Source of the DNA: Endomicrobiales bacterium
GTDB lineage: Bacteria > Elusimicrobiota > Endomicrobiia > Endomicrobiales > JALOBY01
Direction of reading: 5' to 3'
Length of the DNA stretch: 64,000 nucleotides
Assembly: GCA_963796955.1 (NCBI GenBank)
Contig: CAWCNJ010000003.1
Span: 32,001 to 96,000 of the forward strand
A program made the position numbers and the translations under genes. Of this stretch, positions 13,501 to 23,734 are shown piece by piece (the first letter of the stretch is position 1; every line of letters starts with the position of its first letter). The notes below the pieces were generated by a model. That model searched no databases and was not told the DNA's origin. It saw only the letters and a program-made list of their open reading frames with translations.

Positions 13501-16500
13501 ACCGGTGCTGTGGCGCCGCCTGAACAAGTAAGGGAAACGACCGACGGCAGTAACGGGAACGGGAATGGGAACGGCGATATCTCTGACCCGTTCAGCCGTG
13601 TGAAAGATCTGCTTACCGAATGGGAAGACATGCTACAGCACGTTAAAGATCTTCCTGCAGCCGGCCGTCAGCGCTGGAGCGAAGACTGTCTCAACCGGGC
13701 GATGCTGGTCATTAACCTTACACCGTTCAAGATAAGTGATTCACCGGCGGGCCTGGTGAGCCTCAATGAGATATATAACAGGATGTATACCTTGTCGCTG
13801 GAAACGCTGCGCTCGATCCAGTCTTCCGGGAAGAACAGCACGGGAAATGAAGAAGAGAAACTGGTGCAGCTGAATCTTGTCTCCGCCGAATTCGGCGATA
13901 TCGCCCGCTACAGCGCCAACTTCGTGAACCTGACCTCTTCGATCGATAATCTGCTGTTACTATCAGGGTACATGCTGCCCAAAAACAGTTTCCTTGAAAG
14001 AACCCTTCCGTTCACACGGCTTTCCATTATGAACCTGACCCGATTCGTCTACGGGCTCCGTTTCGGTTTTACCGCCTCTTCACGGCTGACGAAGGAAAGT
14101 ATTCGTAACCTGGTCAGGCTGGGGAACAAAATAGACCCCGGCTTGTATGAAAATCCGGCGCGTACCGTTTCGACCGCGGACGATTACACCGATTCTATCG
14201 CCTTCAGGGGCAACGGCGCCGCGTTCGGCATCAGGCAGTTCTGGAAACCACGCAGAGCCCTCCCGCGGGTCATGGGCTTGTTCATGATAACCTCTATCGT
14301 GTGCTCTTTCGCCTTCCTGAATGCCGGGATATCCCTGGATTTCCTGCGTTCATTTTTCTGCGGCGTCGGGTTGTCCGCAGGCGCCTCATGGTTCTTTGTT
14401 TTCAGGGGATTGAATGAAATGTATGAACATAAGATCACCCGCATCGATGAAGAACTAAAACATTACGCTGTGGACAATTATTCCGAAGAATTTCGCGATA
14501 TAGAACAGCGTTCTGCCTTCGAAGCGCGTGACCGCGAGCTCAAGGGTGAGTCTCCCGCCGCGAATGTGATCGTGGTCATGGCGAAAAACGGATCGTCCGG
14601 AAAATATAACGAGCTGGCCGCGCGATGGAAGAACAGTTTCGTACGGGGTGATGTGCCGGTAGCGGTAGTGCCGTACGAGGGTGAAGACGGCGACGCCTAC
14701 GCCGCCGCATTCCATTTTCTCGCTGATACCTATCCGGCGGTAAACCGGAACGGAACAGCGATGGTGCTGGTCACCGGCGCCGGGATCACCGATGATGAAC
14801 AGATGGAGTCGGTGCTGATGAACGGGTATAAGGCTGCCCAGGCCTTCGCTCAGAAGGACAAAGACGGGAGCGGCCGGAAGATATTCATAAACACCGCTCT
14901 GCGCTACACCGGCCCGATAAAAAGCGGAGGCGAGATAACGCTGGTGGGCTCCTGGGCGAACTACGATCAGGTGGAAGCCGAGAACCTGAACCTGGTGCTT
15001 TCGGCCCGGGACGGGGGAGCGCGCAAGATCTATCACGATTTCAAAATGGTGGATATCGTCGATAAGCTGGAACGGCAGGCACTGACGTCGGTCTTTGACA
15101 GAACGAATGCGAAAAAACGCCAAATGCCGGTCCTCTCCGGGATCACGTTATTCAATTTCGGCGATCAGCAGAAAGAACGTGATTTTGTGGCGTTGCTGGA
15201 GCAGGCCCCGAAGGGTTTTAGTGTTACGAAAGATGTGTTCAACCCGCTTATCTTATTCAAGAACGAAGGCGTCGATGAGATGTACAAGTCGCTGATCTCC
15301 CGCAACATTCCCGCGAACGGACGGGGCCGCATGTTCGCTCTTTTCAACCAATATGTTAACCGTTATGGACGTAATGGAAAAGTGCCGTTCAATTTCAAGG
15401 TGTACCTGCCCCATCTGCATGAAACCTATTTGGAAGGCACTGCTGACGATGGTCCCGTTTTACCGGAGCCGCCTTTGAAGACACCGGAACCCTTGAGAAG
15501 GACACCCCGTGAAGGGCTCGCGGCCGCCGAAGGCGGAGTAAGTGATAACGGCGAACTCGCGACGCCGCTGGAAAGAGCGGCACAATCACTGGACGAATGG
15601 GAACGTCTGCTCAGGGACAGGAACGGTACATTCGCAGAGCAGGATGCTGTCAGGGTGCTGAACCTGGTGAAAAATATCGTCAATCTCACGGTATTTAAAC
15701 CGAAAACAGCCGTGATTAACCGGGTGGCACTTCATGCCGTTTACGTGAGGTTTGCAACGCTGTCGATGCGAACCATACGGACGCTTAAAGGACGGTACGA
15801 CGCTATTTCAGCAAGTGACGAACTAAGCCGTGAGAAGTTCCGGCTGCTGATCTCCGAGTTTGCGCCGATCGCGAAATACGGGACGGCTTTCGCCGGGACC
15901 ACGGGCGCCATTGATGATCTTGAACTGATGTCCGGGTATGTCTTACCCGAGAAAAGCCTGTATGAAAGATCCGGTGCGCTGCGCTTCATGCGATTTTGGT
16001 TCGGCTTTGAATACGGCCTGATCGAGTCCGTGTTCCGTGTGAAAAATCGTGCCCGCGAACTGGTAAAACTTGGTAATGCCATAGAACCCGATCTGTATCA
16101 GGATCCCGGACGTCTTATTGAAGAAGTTGACGGTTACACGAATGCCGCCGAAAAGCAAAAAAAGAACGAGGCAATCGGCATCAGTAAGAATTGGAAACTC
16201 AGAAAGGTCTGGCCGAGGACCGTCGGGCTGCTGGTGTTCCTGTATTCCATTTTTGACATCGCGTTGTTCAGGACGGGCATACCGGTAAGTTTTCTTGTTT
16301 CTGTCATTATGTTCGGTATGTGCTCGGTCGGCGTGTCATGGTACTTCATTTTGAGGGGCCTTGACGATGGATACGCATCTTCGATGAGGAATGTTGACAA
16401 GGAGATAAACGGCCTGGCGACAGAGGGGTATGCTCAGAGGCTGTTGTCCCGTGAGCGTGATGCGGCCTCCGGTGCGCTGCTCATGGAAATGAAAAGCGAA

Positions 16501-19500
16501 AAACCGCTCACCGATATAGTCCTTATCATGGCTGAACCCGACAAGGTTGAAAAATATCAAAAACTATTGTTATCGTTAACAGGTTCGTTAATAAGAAAAG
16601 ATATTACCTCGATAGTGCTGCCTTTTGAAGGAAGGGACGGCGCGGCATACGCAGCGGCATTCCACTATCTGGCCGAGAAATTTCCGGGCCTGAACCGGAC
16701 CGGGCGCTCGTTGGTGCTGGTTACCGGCAGTAACCCCGGCGATTATGACAATATCGCAGGCTGCCTGACGAACGGCTATAAGGCCGCGCACGCACTTGCC
16801 GACGAAAAAGACGGCGGCGCCGGCGGCAAAATATTCATCGACGCAGGGCTTAATTATGTGGGGCCGGTCAAGCGGCACGGGGAAATCACGATGGTAGGTT
16901 CGTGGGCCGGCTTTGACCAGGTCCTTGACGAGTCCATGAAGATCGTCCTTTCCGACAACGAGGGGCGGGCGTTGAAGTTGTATCCTGATATACGGGAAGG
17001 AATACAGGATAAACTCGGGCGTCACTTTTTATACGATAAGAACAATACGAAGAAAAGGCAGATCCCGGTACTCGGCGGGATCACGCTTTCAAATTCGATT
17101 CGGCCGAAAAGGAGGCGCAATTTGTAAAACTCCTTGACGGTGGGCCTCCGGGCTTTAGTATCGCGAGGGACATCATGAGCCCGCTCATCCTGCATAAACG
17201 AGAAGGGCGCCGCCGAGATGTTCAAATCTCTCATGCCCAGGAACATCGTCGCGAATAAAACAAAACGTGACCTCCATTTCGGTCTTTTTGACGACTATGT
17301 CAGGCTGTATGGAGGGGGGTCCCGTATGCCTTTTGAATTCTGTGTTTATATGCCCCATCTCAACGAAACATATATTACCAGGGGCGCCCTGAATGATATA
17401 GCCGCTTTGACCGGTTCGGCACAGGCTCCGCTGTCAGCGGCCGGTTATGTAAGTTTCTTGGCTGCGCAGATCGCGATGCCTGAAGCGCGCCCCGAGTTGG
17501 ACGGCATGAGCGTAATGGCGGTATCGTATACCGCCACAAAAGGATTTGAGGATGAGCTCAGTGCACTCTCGCAGTTGGGCAAAGGCGGGCTGGGCGTAAC
17601 CATGCGCGGGCGCACTACCGGAACGAAAGGAGATCTCATCACTATCGGCAGAATAGTCGTGCCGGTCGACGGAGCAAGCGTCAATGTAACCGTCCATGCC
17701 GAAATAGTACGCGACGGGACCGGTAAGCAACAGGGGATGCTGTTCCTTGACCCCGATAAAAAACAGATGACGCCTGAGGCGCAAAAGATAGCCGACCTGG
17801 TCCTCTCCGAAAATATAGAAGCCAGCGGATCGCAGGAACAGGCCGCGATGGCGCTGCTTGGACGGGGAGCGCTTTCTCTTATCAGAGAATTAAAAGATGG
17901 AAGGATGGAGTTCAGGAAGGCCCTGGTAGCAGCCGGGCTACCCGCTGAATCTCTTGACCCGGGGGTTATCCTGCTCAACGGCGTTGAGGCCGCTTTTACG
18001 CTGCCGAACGTGCTGAAAGATGAATATACCGACGATGGCTATCTTAATTCACTCGTGTATCCGTTCATTACCGATGATCTGGAAGCCGGAGTTCAGCCCT
18101 TTTCGGAGCTGCTTCAGCGTTCGCTCAATCCCCGGCTGAACAGATATTCCGTTGTTGACGACGCAAGGAAATACGTTGACCTGATGAAGGCCGCACTGCT
18201 GTGTTCGGACACGGTCCTGGCTGTTGCACAAGACAGCGGTCCCGGGACAGGAGTATCCAGATTACAGGCGCTGAGGGACGTGATACATGTTCTTCCAAAA
18301 GAACGTTTGAACGCTGAACTGGGCAGTGTTCTTAATGAATACCTGGCGCATATATGGGGCAGGGAATATGCGCAAAAACGTGCTCAGTACGGTACATTGC
18401 ATTCCCCTGCGACGGGTCTGAGCACGTTCGATGCTTCCGGTATAACTCCTTCAGTACGGGTTGGCACCTTCAGCGAGATCCCGGCGATCGCCCGACGATT
18501 TTCAGATGCCGGCATCAATGTCGTGGTCCTGCCCGGATGCCTAGGCGGGCCGGACGAGCCCGACATAAGCCGTATAGATCTGCCTGAGGAGGCTGGACGG
18601 CTTGGAATGGCCGCGGAAGAGATAGATATGATCAGTAACATTTTACCCGATGAAAATGATGATATCAGGGACAGTGACGGTTTACTGGAGAACCAGTTCT
18701 ACATTGGTTTTGAACTGTATCATGCGATGACCGAAAACCCTGAACAAAACAGCCAGTATCGTAACTTTGCCGGCACGGCTGGCTGGTGGCCGCAGGTTAA
18801 ACAACGCGCGCGGCTGCTCGCGTTCCAGCGAATGAACGGAGCGCCGCCGGCCGACGCTGTGTCCATCGGTCAATGGGAGGCGAAACTGGACGGCGAAGGG
18901 CGAATGAAGTTTGCAATGTACGCCGCCACGTATGAATATATGCAGTATGTCGCATTTCAGCAGTTGAAAAACGCCTTGAGCGCCATACACAGAAATGAAC
19001 GCGGAATGAAGGTTTTTACCGAACAGGATACGTCTGATGAGAATAGTGTAACGTGGATAAAAATGCTCGGTTTCGACGGCGGAAAACAACGCCCGCTTAT
19101 GAGCGTCTCATCGGCTGATGAACTGACGGGCCAGAGAATGGGCGAGGAATCGGATCCCGGTGGAAAATTATGGGTCGCGATACGCGGGGATGTTTGCAGG
19201 ACGGAGGGCTTGTTAACCTCATGCCTGACCAAAATCGCGGAATCAGGAATGAGGCCCCGCGTCAGCTTCGACATAAGCTCAGCCGATGTGCTCAGCGTCA
19301 ATACGCCGGGCGTCCTGGATATCGTCGCGTTCCTGAAGTCAATACCCCTCCCGGCGGCGGCATCCGTTGACGGTGAAAGGGCATTCAGCGACGGTTTTGC
19401 CCGCGGCAGGGCGATGCCGGTACCGGACGACGGGCTCCAGTTAATTGTGGACGGTGCGGACAAAATACAAAAGGCCATCGATACGCCGCCAAATAATGAG

Positions 19501-19791
19501 CAGTACATTTCCGCTGTCTGCGATATTCTCGCCGGGGCGGGGCTCTCCGCAAACGTCATGCCCGCGGCCTGGAACGATATCAGGGCTATGAGCCTGAGGG
19601 CAAAGTTGTGCCGCACCGGCAATGATCTGCTGACTATGAACGATGAGTTACGGGGCTACCTGCATGGCTATTTTGAAAATGCCAGGGAACAATTCAACCT
19701 TCTCCAAAGCAGTTCGAGGATACACCGGGAGCATGATGTGCTGACCACGCCGCTCTCGGAGTCTATAATTGCTATACTGACCAATGGATAA
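1594..19791 (+). CDS. Giant multidomain membrane protein (~6065 aa after correcting two compensating 1-nt indels; annotated as 1594-17127 + 17218-19791)
   Basis: Both ORFs are in the same frame (offset 15624 nt). The segment 17090-17205 in the shifted frame reads KFDSAEKEAQFVKLLDGGPPGFSIARDIMSPLILHKREG, which aligns with the first internal repeat copy NFGDQQKERDFVALLEQAPKGFSVTKDVFNPLILFKNEG. Confidence 0.85.
8038..10890 (+). repeat. Tandem ~480-aa intragenic duplication, Rhs/YD-like (copies ~8038-9477 and ~9478-10890)
   Basis: Paired motifs FLPGHR..GE.YR, FEE.F.R.EN.DGT, KAGL.DR, VYENTY, VTG.REEW, NTLTG, RTYADK.P, LNLR.RE, ALDY.TM. Confidence 0.9.
13585..17385 (+). repeat. Tandem ~610-aa intragenic duplication (copies ~13585-15440 and ~15562-17385) with Pro-rich linker
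   Basis: Paired motifs SGY.LP..S..ER, LV.LGN.I.P.LY, AYAAAFH.LA, NGYKAA, GEIT.VGSWA, KKRQ.PVL.GITL, VY.PHL.ETY. Confidence 0.9.
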
Positions 19792-19848
19792 GCCGTAAGA
19801 ATGTTCATACTGCCTTAACTCTGAGTTAATACAGTCTTGATAATGCAT

Positions 19849-19857
19849 TGGTATAAT
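19849..19857 (+). promoter_or_regulatory. Extended -10 promoter (TGgTATAAT) for ppk1
   Basis: Perfect TGnTATAAT ending 7 nt before the ATG at 19864. Confidence 0.6.
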
Positions 19858-19863
19858 AGCGCC

Positions 19864-22035
19864 ATGAGCTTTAAGGATCCCAAATGGCTGACATTCAATA
19901 AGACCACGTCTGAAAACCTTCCTGAGCGCGCCATGGGGGCAGGAACTCCAAATAATGCCAGATTTTTCAACCGTGATATCAGCTGGCTGACCTTTAATGA
20001 CCGGGTACTGGCCGAGGCGGAACAACCGGATGTGCCTTTGCTCGAGAGGTTGTTTTTTATCGGCATAGTCAGCAGTAATCTCGATGAATTTTTTACCGTG
20101 CGCGTCGCGGAACTCCTGCGCCTGCAAAAGGTCGCGCCGAGAAAACCCTATCCGGACGCGCTGACGCCGGAATCTCTCGCGCTCCAGGTGCGTGAACGCG
20201 TGCTCAGGCAAAAATCCCGTCAGGCGTTGATCCTGGGTTCGCTGCTCAAAGCTCTCACTCTGGAAGGCATACAGCTTTATACGGTTTTTGACCAGAATGA
20301 CGCGCTATTGGATGATGAAATAGAAAAGCTATTGCCCGAAATGGAAATGTTCGTTTCAAAATTAAGCGACCCTATGCCGGCGCTGCAAGGTTCGGATCTT
20401 CAAATATTTATCAGGTTTTCAGATGAATTCGCCGTTGTCAGGTTCAAGAATCCGCGGGACAGGCTGCTGGAGCTCCCAGCCGCTGGTACCGCCCGCAGTT
20501 TCGTGCTCTTAGACCGCTGGATCATTGCGCGTGCCCATAAGCTTTTTCCAAAGAAAAAAGTTATCGAGACTTTTGCATTCCGCCTGCTGCGCAACGCTGA
20601 CATACCGATGGATATCCGCGATGAAGATTCCCATGAACAGCAGGTGATAAAAGCGGTGAGTAAACGTCCCTACTCCCGGATCGTGCGCCTTGAGATCGAT
20701 TCCTCCGAATATACCGACGGCGCCCTGCTGCTGGCTATGAACTTAAAGGTAGATCCGGCATCGATCTACCGGTTCGATCTACCTCTTAACCTGCATTTTT
20801 TTACCTCGTTCAAATCGTTGTTCGAGAAAAGCATGCCGCACCTGCTGTATCATCCGATCGTTCCGCGCCCGCCGGAGGTGCTTGATCGTGATTCCGGAAT
20901 ATTTTCAGTGATACGCAAACAGGATATCATTCTTCATCACCCGTACGATTCTTTTGACGTGGTCATTGATTTTCTCGGCCAGGCGGCCCGTGACCCCGGG
21001 GTCACCGAGATATTCCACACGCTTTACAGGACCAACAACCTGTCTCCCATAACCGACATTCTTAAAAAGGCCGCAAAAAACGGCAAAAAAGTGATAGTGT
21101 ATGTGGAGATCAAGGCGCGTTTCGACGAGATGAACAACGTCATGCACGCGAGTGAGTTAAGGAAGGCCGGTGTCAAGGTGATCACGCCCATTGGCGCGTA
21201 TAAAGTGCATAGTAAAATAACAAAGGTCTGCCGTACGGAAAATAATAAGACCGTCAGTTATTTGCACATGGGTACCGGGAATTATCACGCCGGCACTGCG
21301 CGCCAGTATACCGATCTGGGTCTGCTGACAACAAATAGAGAGCTGGTGGCGGAGGCAAGTATGTACTGCGATATGCTGCAGGGAAAGAATTCCCACCCCC
21401 GGTATGAACAGCTGCTGGTTTCGCCTGTCAACCTGCACAACCGGATCATATCACTGATACAGGACGAAATACATAACAAAAAAACAGGCGCGCAGAGCCG
21501 GATCATCGCAAAGATGAATGCGCTGACGGATACTAATGTTATAGAAGCGTTGTATGAAGCCTCTCATGCCGGTGTACGCGTCGACCTGATCATCAGGGGA
21601 ACCTGCTGTCTGAGGCCCGGCGTTCCCGGCCTCAGTGAAAATATACGCGTTATAAGTATCGTTGACCGTTTCCTTGAACACAGCCGCATCTATTATTTTA
21701 ACGCGGGTGGCAGGCATAAGATATACCTCTCCAGCGCGGACTGGCGACCCAGGAATTTCATACGGCGTTACGAGATCGCTTTTCCGATCACCGATCCCCG
21801 CATCAGCGAGCATATCAGAGATGTCATATTGCTCAATAGTTTAAAGGATAATGTTAAGGCACGGGTACTGCAAGGGGATGGATCATACAGAGCAGTCTCA
21901 AGGTCCCGGAACGCCGCGGCTATCCGGTCGCAGTTTGTGTTCGAACAGATGGCAGAACAGTCATACGCGAATACCCCGCTTAAAAGCAGAAATGCTTTTG
22001 CCGGGATAGAGAGATACAATAGAAAGTATAACTAA
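19864..22035 (+). CDS. ppk1: Polyphosphate kinase 1
   Basis: NRDISWLTFN, SNLDEFF, LHHPYDSF, KARFDE, KVHSK, GTGNY, RFLEHSR, SSADW. Start 19864 chosen; 19837 and 19933 are alternatives. Confidence 0.95.
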   Translation: MSFKDPKWLTFNKTTSENLPERAMGAGTPNNARFFNRDISWLTFNDRVLAEAEQPDVPLLERLFFIGIVSSNLDEFFTVRVAELLRLQKVAPRKPYPDALTPESLALQVRERVLRQKSRQALILGSLLKALTLEGIQLYTVFDQNDALLDDEIEKLLPEMEMFVSKLSDPMPALQGSDLQIFIRFSDEFAVVRFKNPRDRLLELPAAGTARSFVLLDRWIIARAHKLFPKKKVIETFAFRLLRNADIPMDIRDEDSHEQQVIKAVSKRPYSRIVRLEIDSSEYTDGALLLAMNLKVDPASIYRFDLPLNLHFFTSFKSLFEKSMPHLLYHPIVPRPPEVLDRDSGIFSVIRKQDIILHHPYDSFDVVIDFLGQAARDPGVTEIFHTLYRTNNLSPITDILKKAAKNGKKVIVYVEIKARFDEMNNVMHASELRKAGVKVITPIGAYKVHSKITKVCRTENNKTVSYLHMGTGNYHAGTARQYTDLGLLTTNRELVAEASMYCDMLQGKNSHPRYEQLLVSPVNLHNRIISLIQDEIHNKKTGAQSRIIAKMNALTDTNVIEALYEASHAGVRVDLIIRGTCCLRPGVPGLSENIRVISIVDRFLEHSRIYYFNAGGRHKIYLSSADWRPRNFIRRYEIAFPITDPRISEHIRDVILLNSLKDNVKARVLQGDGSYRAVSRSRNAAAIRSQFVFEQMAEQSYANTPLKSRNAFAGIERYNRKYN

Positions 22036-22049
22036 TTAAAGGATACCGG

Positions 22050-22823
22050 ATGAAATTACAGGACCAGGTGGACACTATTTGCGGCACCCTTAAAATTTGC
22101 GATGATCGCTATGTCGAAATAGAGACAAAAAGACAATTGAAGTTAACCCAGTATCAACACGTAAAACGCTATCTCGAGACCATCGGCGCAAAACACGAAC
22201 GCTCGGCATTTTTCTTCGACCAGTATATCGATACGCCTGATCTTGAGATATGCAGGAAAGGAGCAAGCCTGCGCATACGCTATAAGCAGGACGGCACAAA
22301 AGTCTATCTTCAGTACAAGGGCCCGGGATTTATCAAGGAAGGGGTATTGTTCAGGTCTGAATTCAACAGCGGTAAACTTCATGATGTTGTGCTTGAGGAA
22401 GACAGCAGCCATATGGTGCATTTTGATGAAAAATCCGTTCGCAAAATAATTATGAATCACGTGCCTGATGAAATGGGGTATGCTATGAAACGGCAGCTTG
22501 GTCAAATAATATTATCGCGCATATCGATGGGGCATCTTATCTGCTTCTATCATAAGGAAAAGTTCATACTGAAAAGCGGGAAAGTGATTTTGGAACCTTC
22601 TCTGGATAAAGTGTATTCATTCTACGTCGCTCACAAGCGTATGCATCTGATGTCCACTTTCTGCGAATATGAAAATGAAATAAAGGCGAAAGACAACTCC
22701 CTGGAAGAAAAACTTAAGAACATGCCGCTGCTCAGGAGATTCAACCGGAAGGTGTTGTCGAAATTCGACCTGCCTCTTGAAAAAAAAGATAAATACCACC
22801 GCTGTATGTCCCTGTTTTTGTAA
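22050..22823 (+). CDS. CYTH / triphosphate tunnel metalloenzyme family protein
   Basis: EIETK (ExExK), DQYIDTPD...SLRIR, C-terminal EYENE and KY.R. Confidence 0.8.
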   Translation: MKLQDQVDTICGTLKICDDRYVEIETKRQLKLTQYQHVKRYLETIGAKHERSAFFFDQYIDTPDLEICRKGASLRIRYKQDGTKVYLQYKGPGFIKEGVLFRSEFNSGKLHDVVLEEDSSHMVHFDEKSVRKIIMNHVPDEMGYAMKRQLGQIILSRISMGHLICFYHKEKFILKSGKVILEPSLDKVYSFYVAHKRMHLMSTFCEYENEIKAKDNSLEEKLKNMPLLRRFNRKVLSKFDLPLEKKDKYHRCMSLFL

Positions 22824-22853
22824 AGTGAAAATTAACGTCTGTATACCGATCTC

Positions 22854-22896
22854 TTGACAGTTGCAACAGAGTAGTGATATAATGCATATGTATGCA
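22854..22896 (+). promoter_or_regulatory. Sigma70 promoter TTGACA-N18-TATAAT with overlapping palindrome TGCATA-TG-TATGCA
   Basis: TTGACA 22854-59, TATAAT 22878-83 (TG extension), inverted repeat 22883-22896. Confidence 0.8.
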
Positions 22897-22916
22897 AAAC
22901 ATTGCAGGGTGTATCC

Positions 22917-23246
22917 ATGAGGCCTAAAAAGACCCGCTGGGTTGAATGTTTGCCGGGCGAGAAATGCTTTCGCCCTTTGCGTTCTGCGTCCGGCGGTCTT
23001 GAGGGGGTCGTTTTGCTGCTTGACGAATACGAAGTTCTGCGTCTCACCCACCTTGAGAAATGCGATCAGGAATGCATCGCAAAAGCTATGAAGATACATC
23101 AGTCGACCATATCACGGATACTTGCATCGGCACATCGGAAAATGACTGAAGCGCTGGTGCACGACAAAGCCATCTGTGTTGATACCGGCTGTTGCAAGGT
23201 GATCAAACAAGGGAAGCGCCGTAGATCAAAGGGGAGTACAAAATGA
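22917..23246 (+). CDS. DUF134 (UPF0251) HTH DNA-binding protein, Cys-rich
   Basis: MRPKKTRWV...FRP, LDEYEVLRL, Q..IAKAMKIHQSTISRILASAHRK pattern. Confidence 0.85.
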   Translation: MRPKKTRWVECLPGEKCFRPLRSASGGLEGVVLLLDEYEVLRLTHLEKCDQECIAKAMKIHQSTISRILASAHRKMTEALVHDKAICVDTGCCKVIKQGKRRRSKGSTK

Positions 23247-23297
23247 CGTGGCTGGGGTCGTTCTTCAAAAAAAATCTAGCAGAGCAAGAGGGTTAAC

Positions 23298-23726
23298 ATG
23301 GACAAGATCAGAGTATTATTCGTTTGTATTCACAATAGCGCCCGAAGTCAGATGGCGGAGGCGTTCATGAACCAGCTTGGTGGCGACAGGTTTGAGGCAT
23401 ACAGCGCCGGCCTTGAACCGGGTAAACTGAACCCGATCGTTGTTGAGGCGATGAAAGAGGTCGGGATCGATATTTCGGGTAATCAAACTAAAGGTGTATT
23501 TGACCTGCTCAGACAGGGTCAGCATTACGGGTATGTCTTCACGGTGTGCGACGAGGCCAGCGGTGAGAAATGTCCTCTCTTCCCCGGGGCGGGCAAAAAG
23601 ATCCATTGGGGTTTTCCCGACCCTTCGGCGCTGCAGGGCACGCGTGAAGAAAAATTGCGAGAAACCGGCAGGATCCGTGATATTATCAGAGAGAAAGTCG
23701 TCGAGTTCATTGCCGCAATAAAATAG
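23298..23726 (+). CDS. arsC: Arsenate reductase, LMW-PTP/thioredoxin type
   Basis: [13 protein letters not shown]-loop, TVCD..CP.FP, HWGFPDP. Confidence 0.92.
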   Translation: MDKIRVLFVCIHNSARSQMAEAFMNQLGGDRFEAYSAGLEPGKLNPIVVEAMKEVGIDISGNQTKGVFDLLRQGQHYGYVFTVCDEASGEKCPLFPGAGKKIHWGFPDPSALQGTREEKLRETGRIRDIIREKVVEFIAAIK

Positions 23727-23734
23727 GATATTGT

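Noticed and set aside
13546..13575. GGGAAC microrepeat (NGNGNG)
   Set aside because: Short, imperfect, in-frame linker; not a phase-variation tract.
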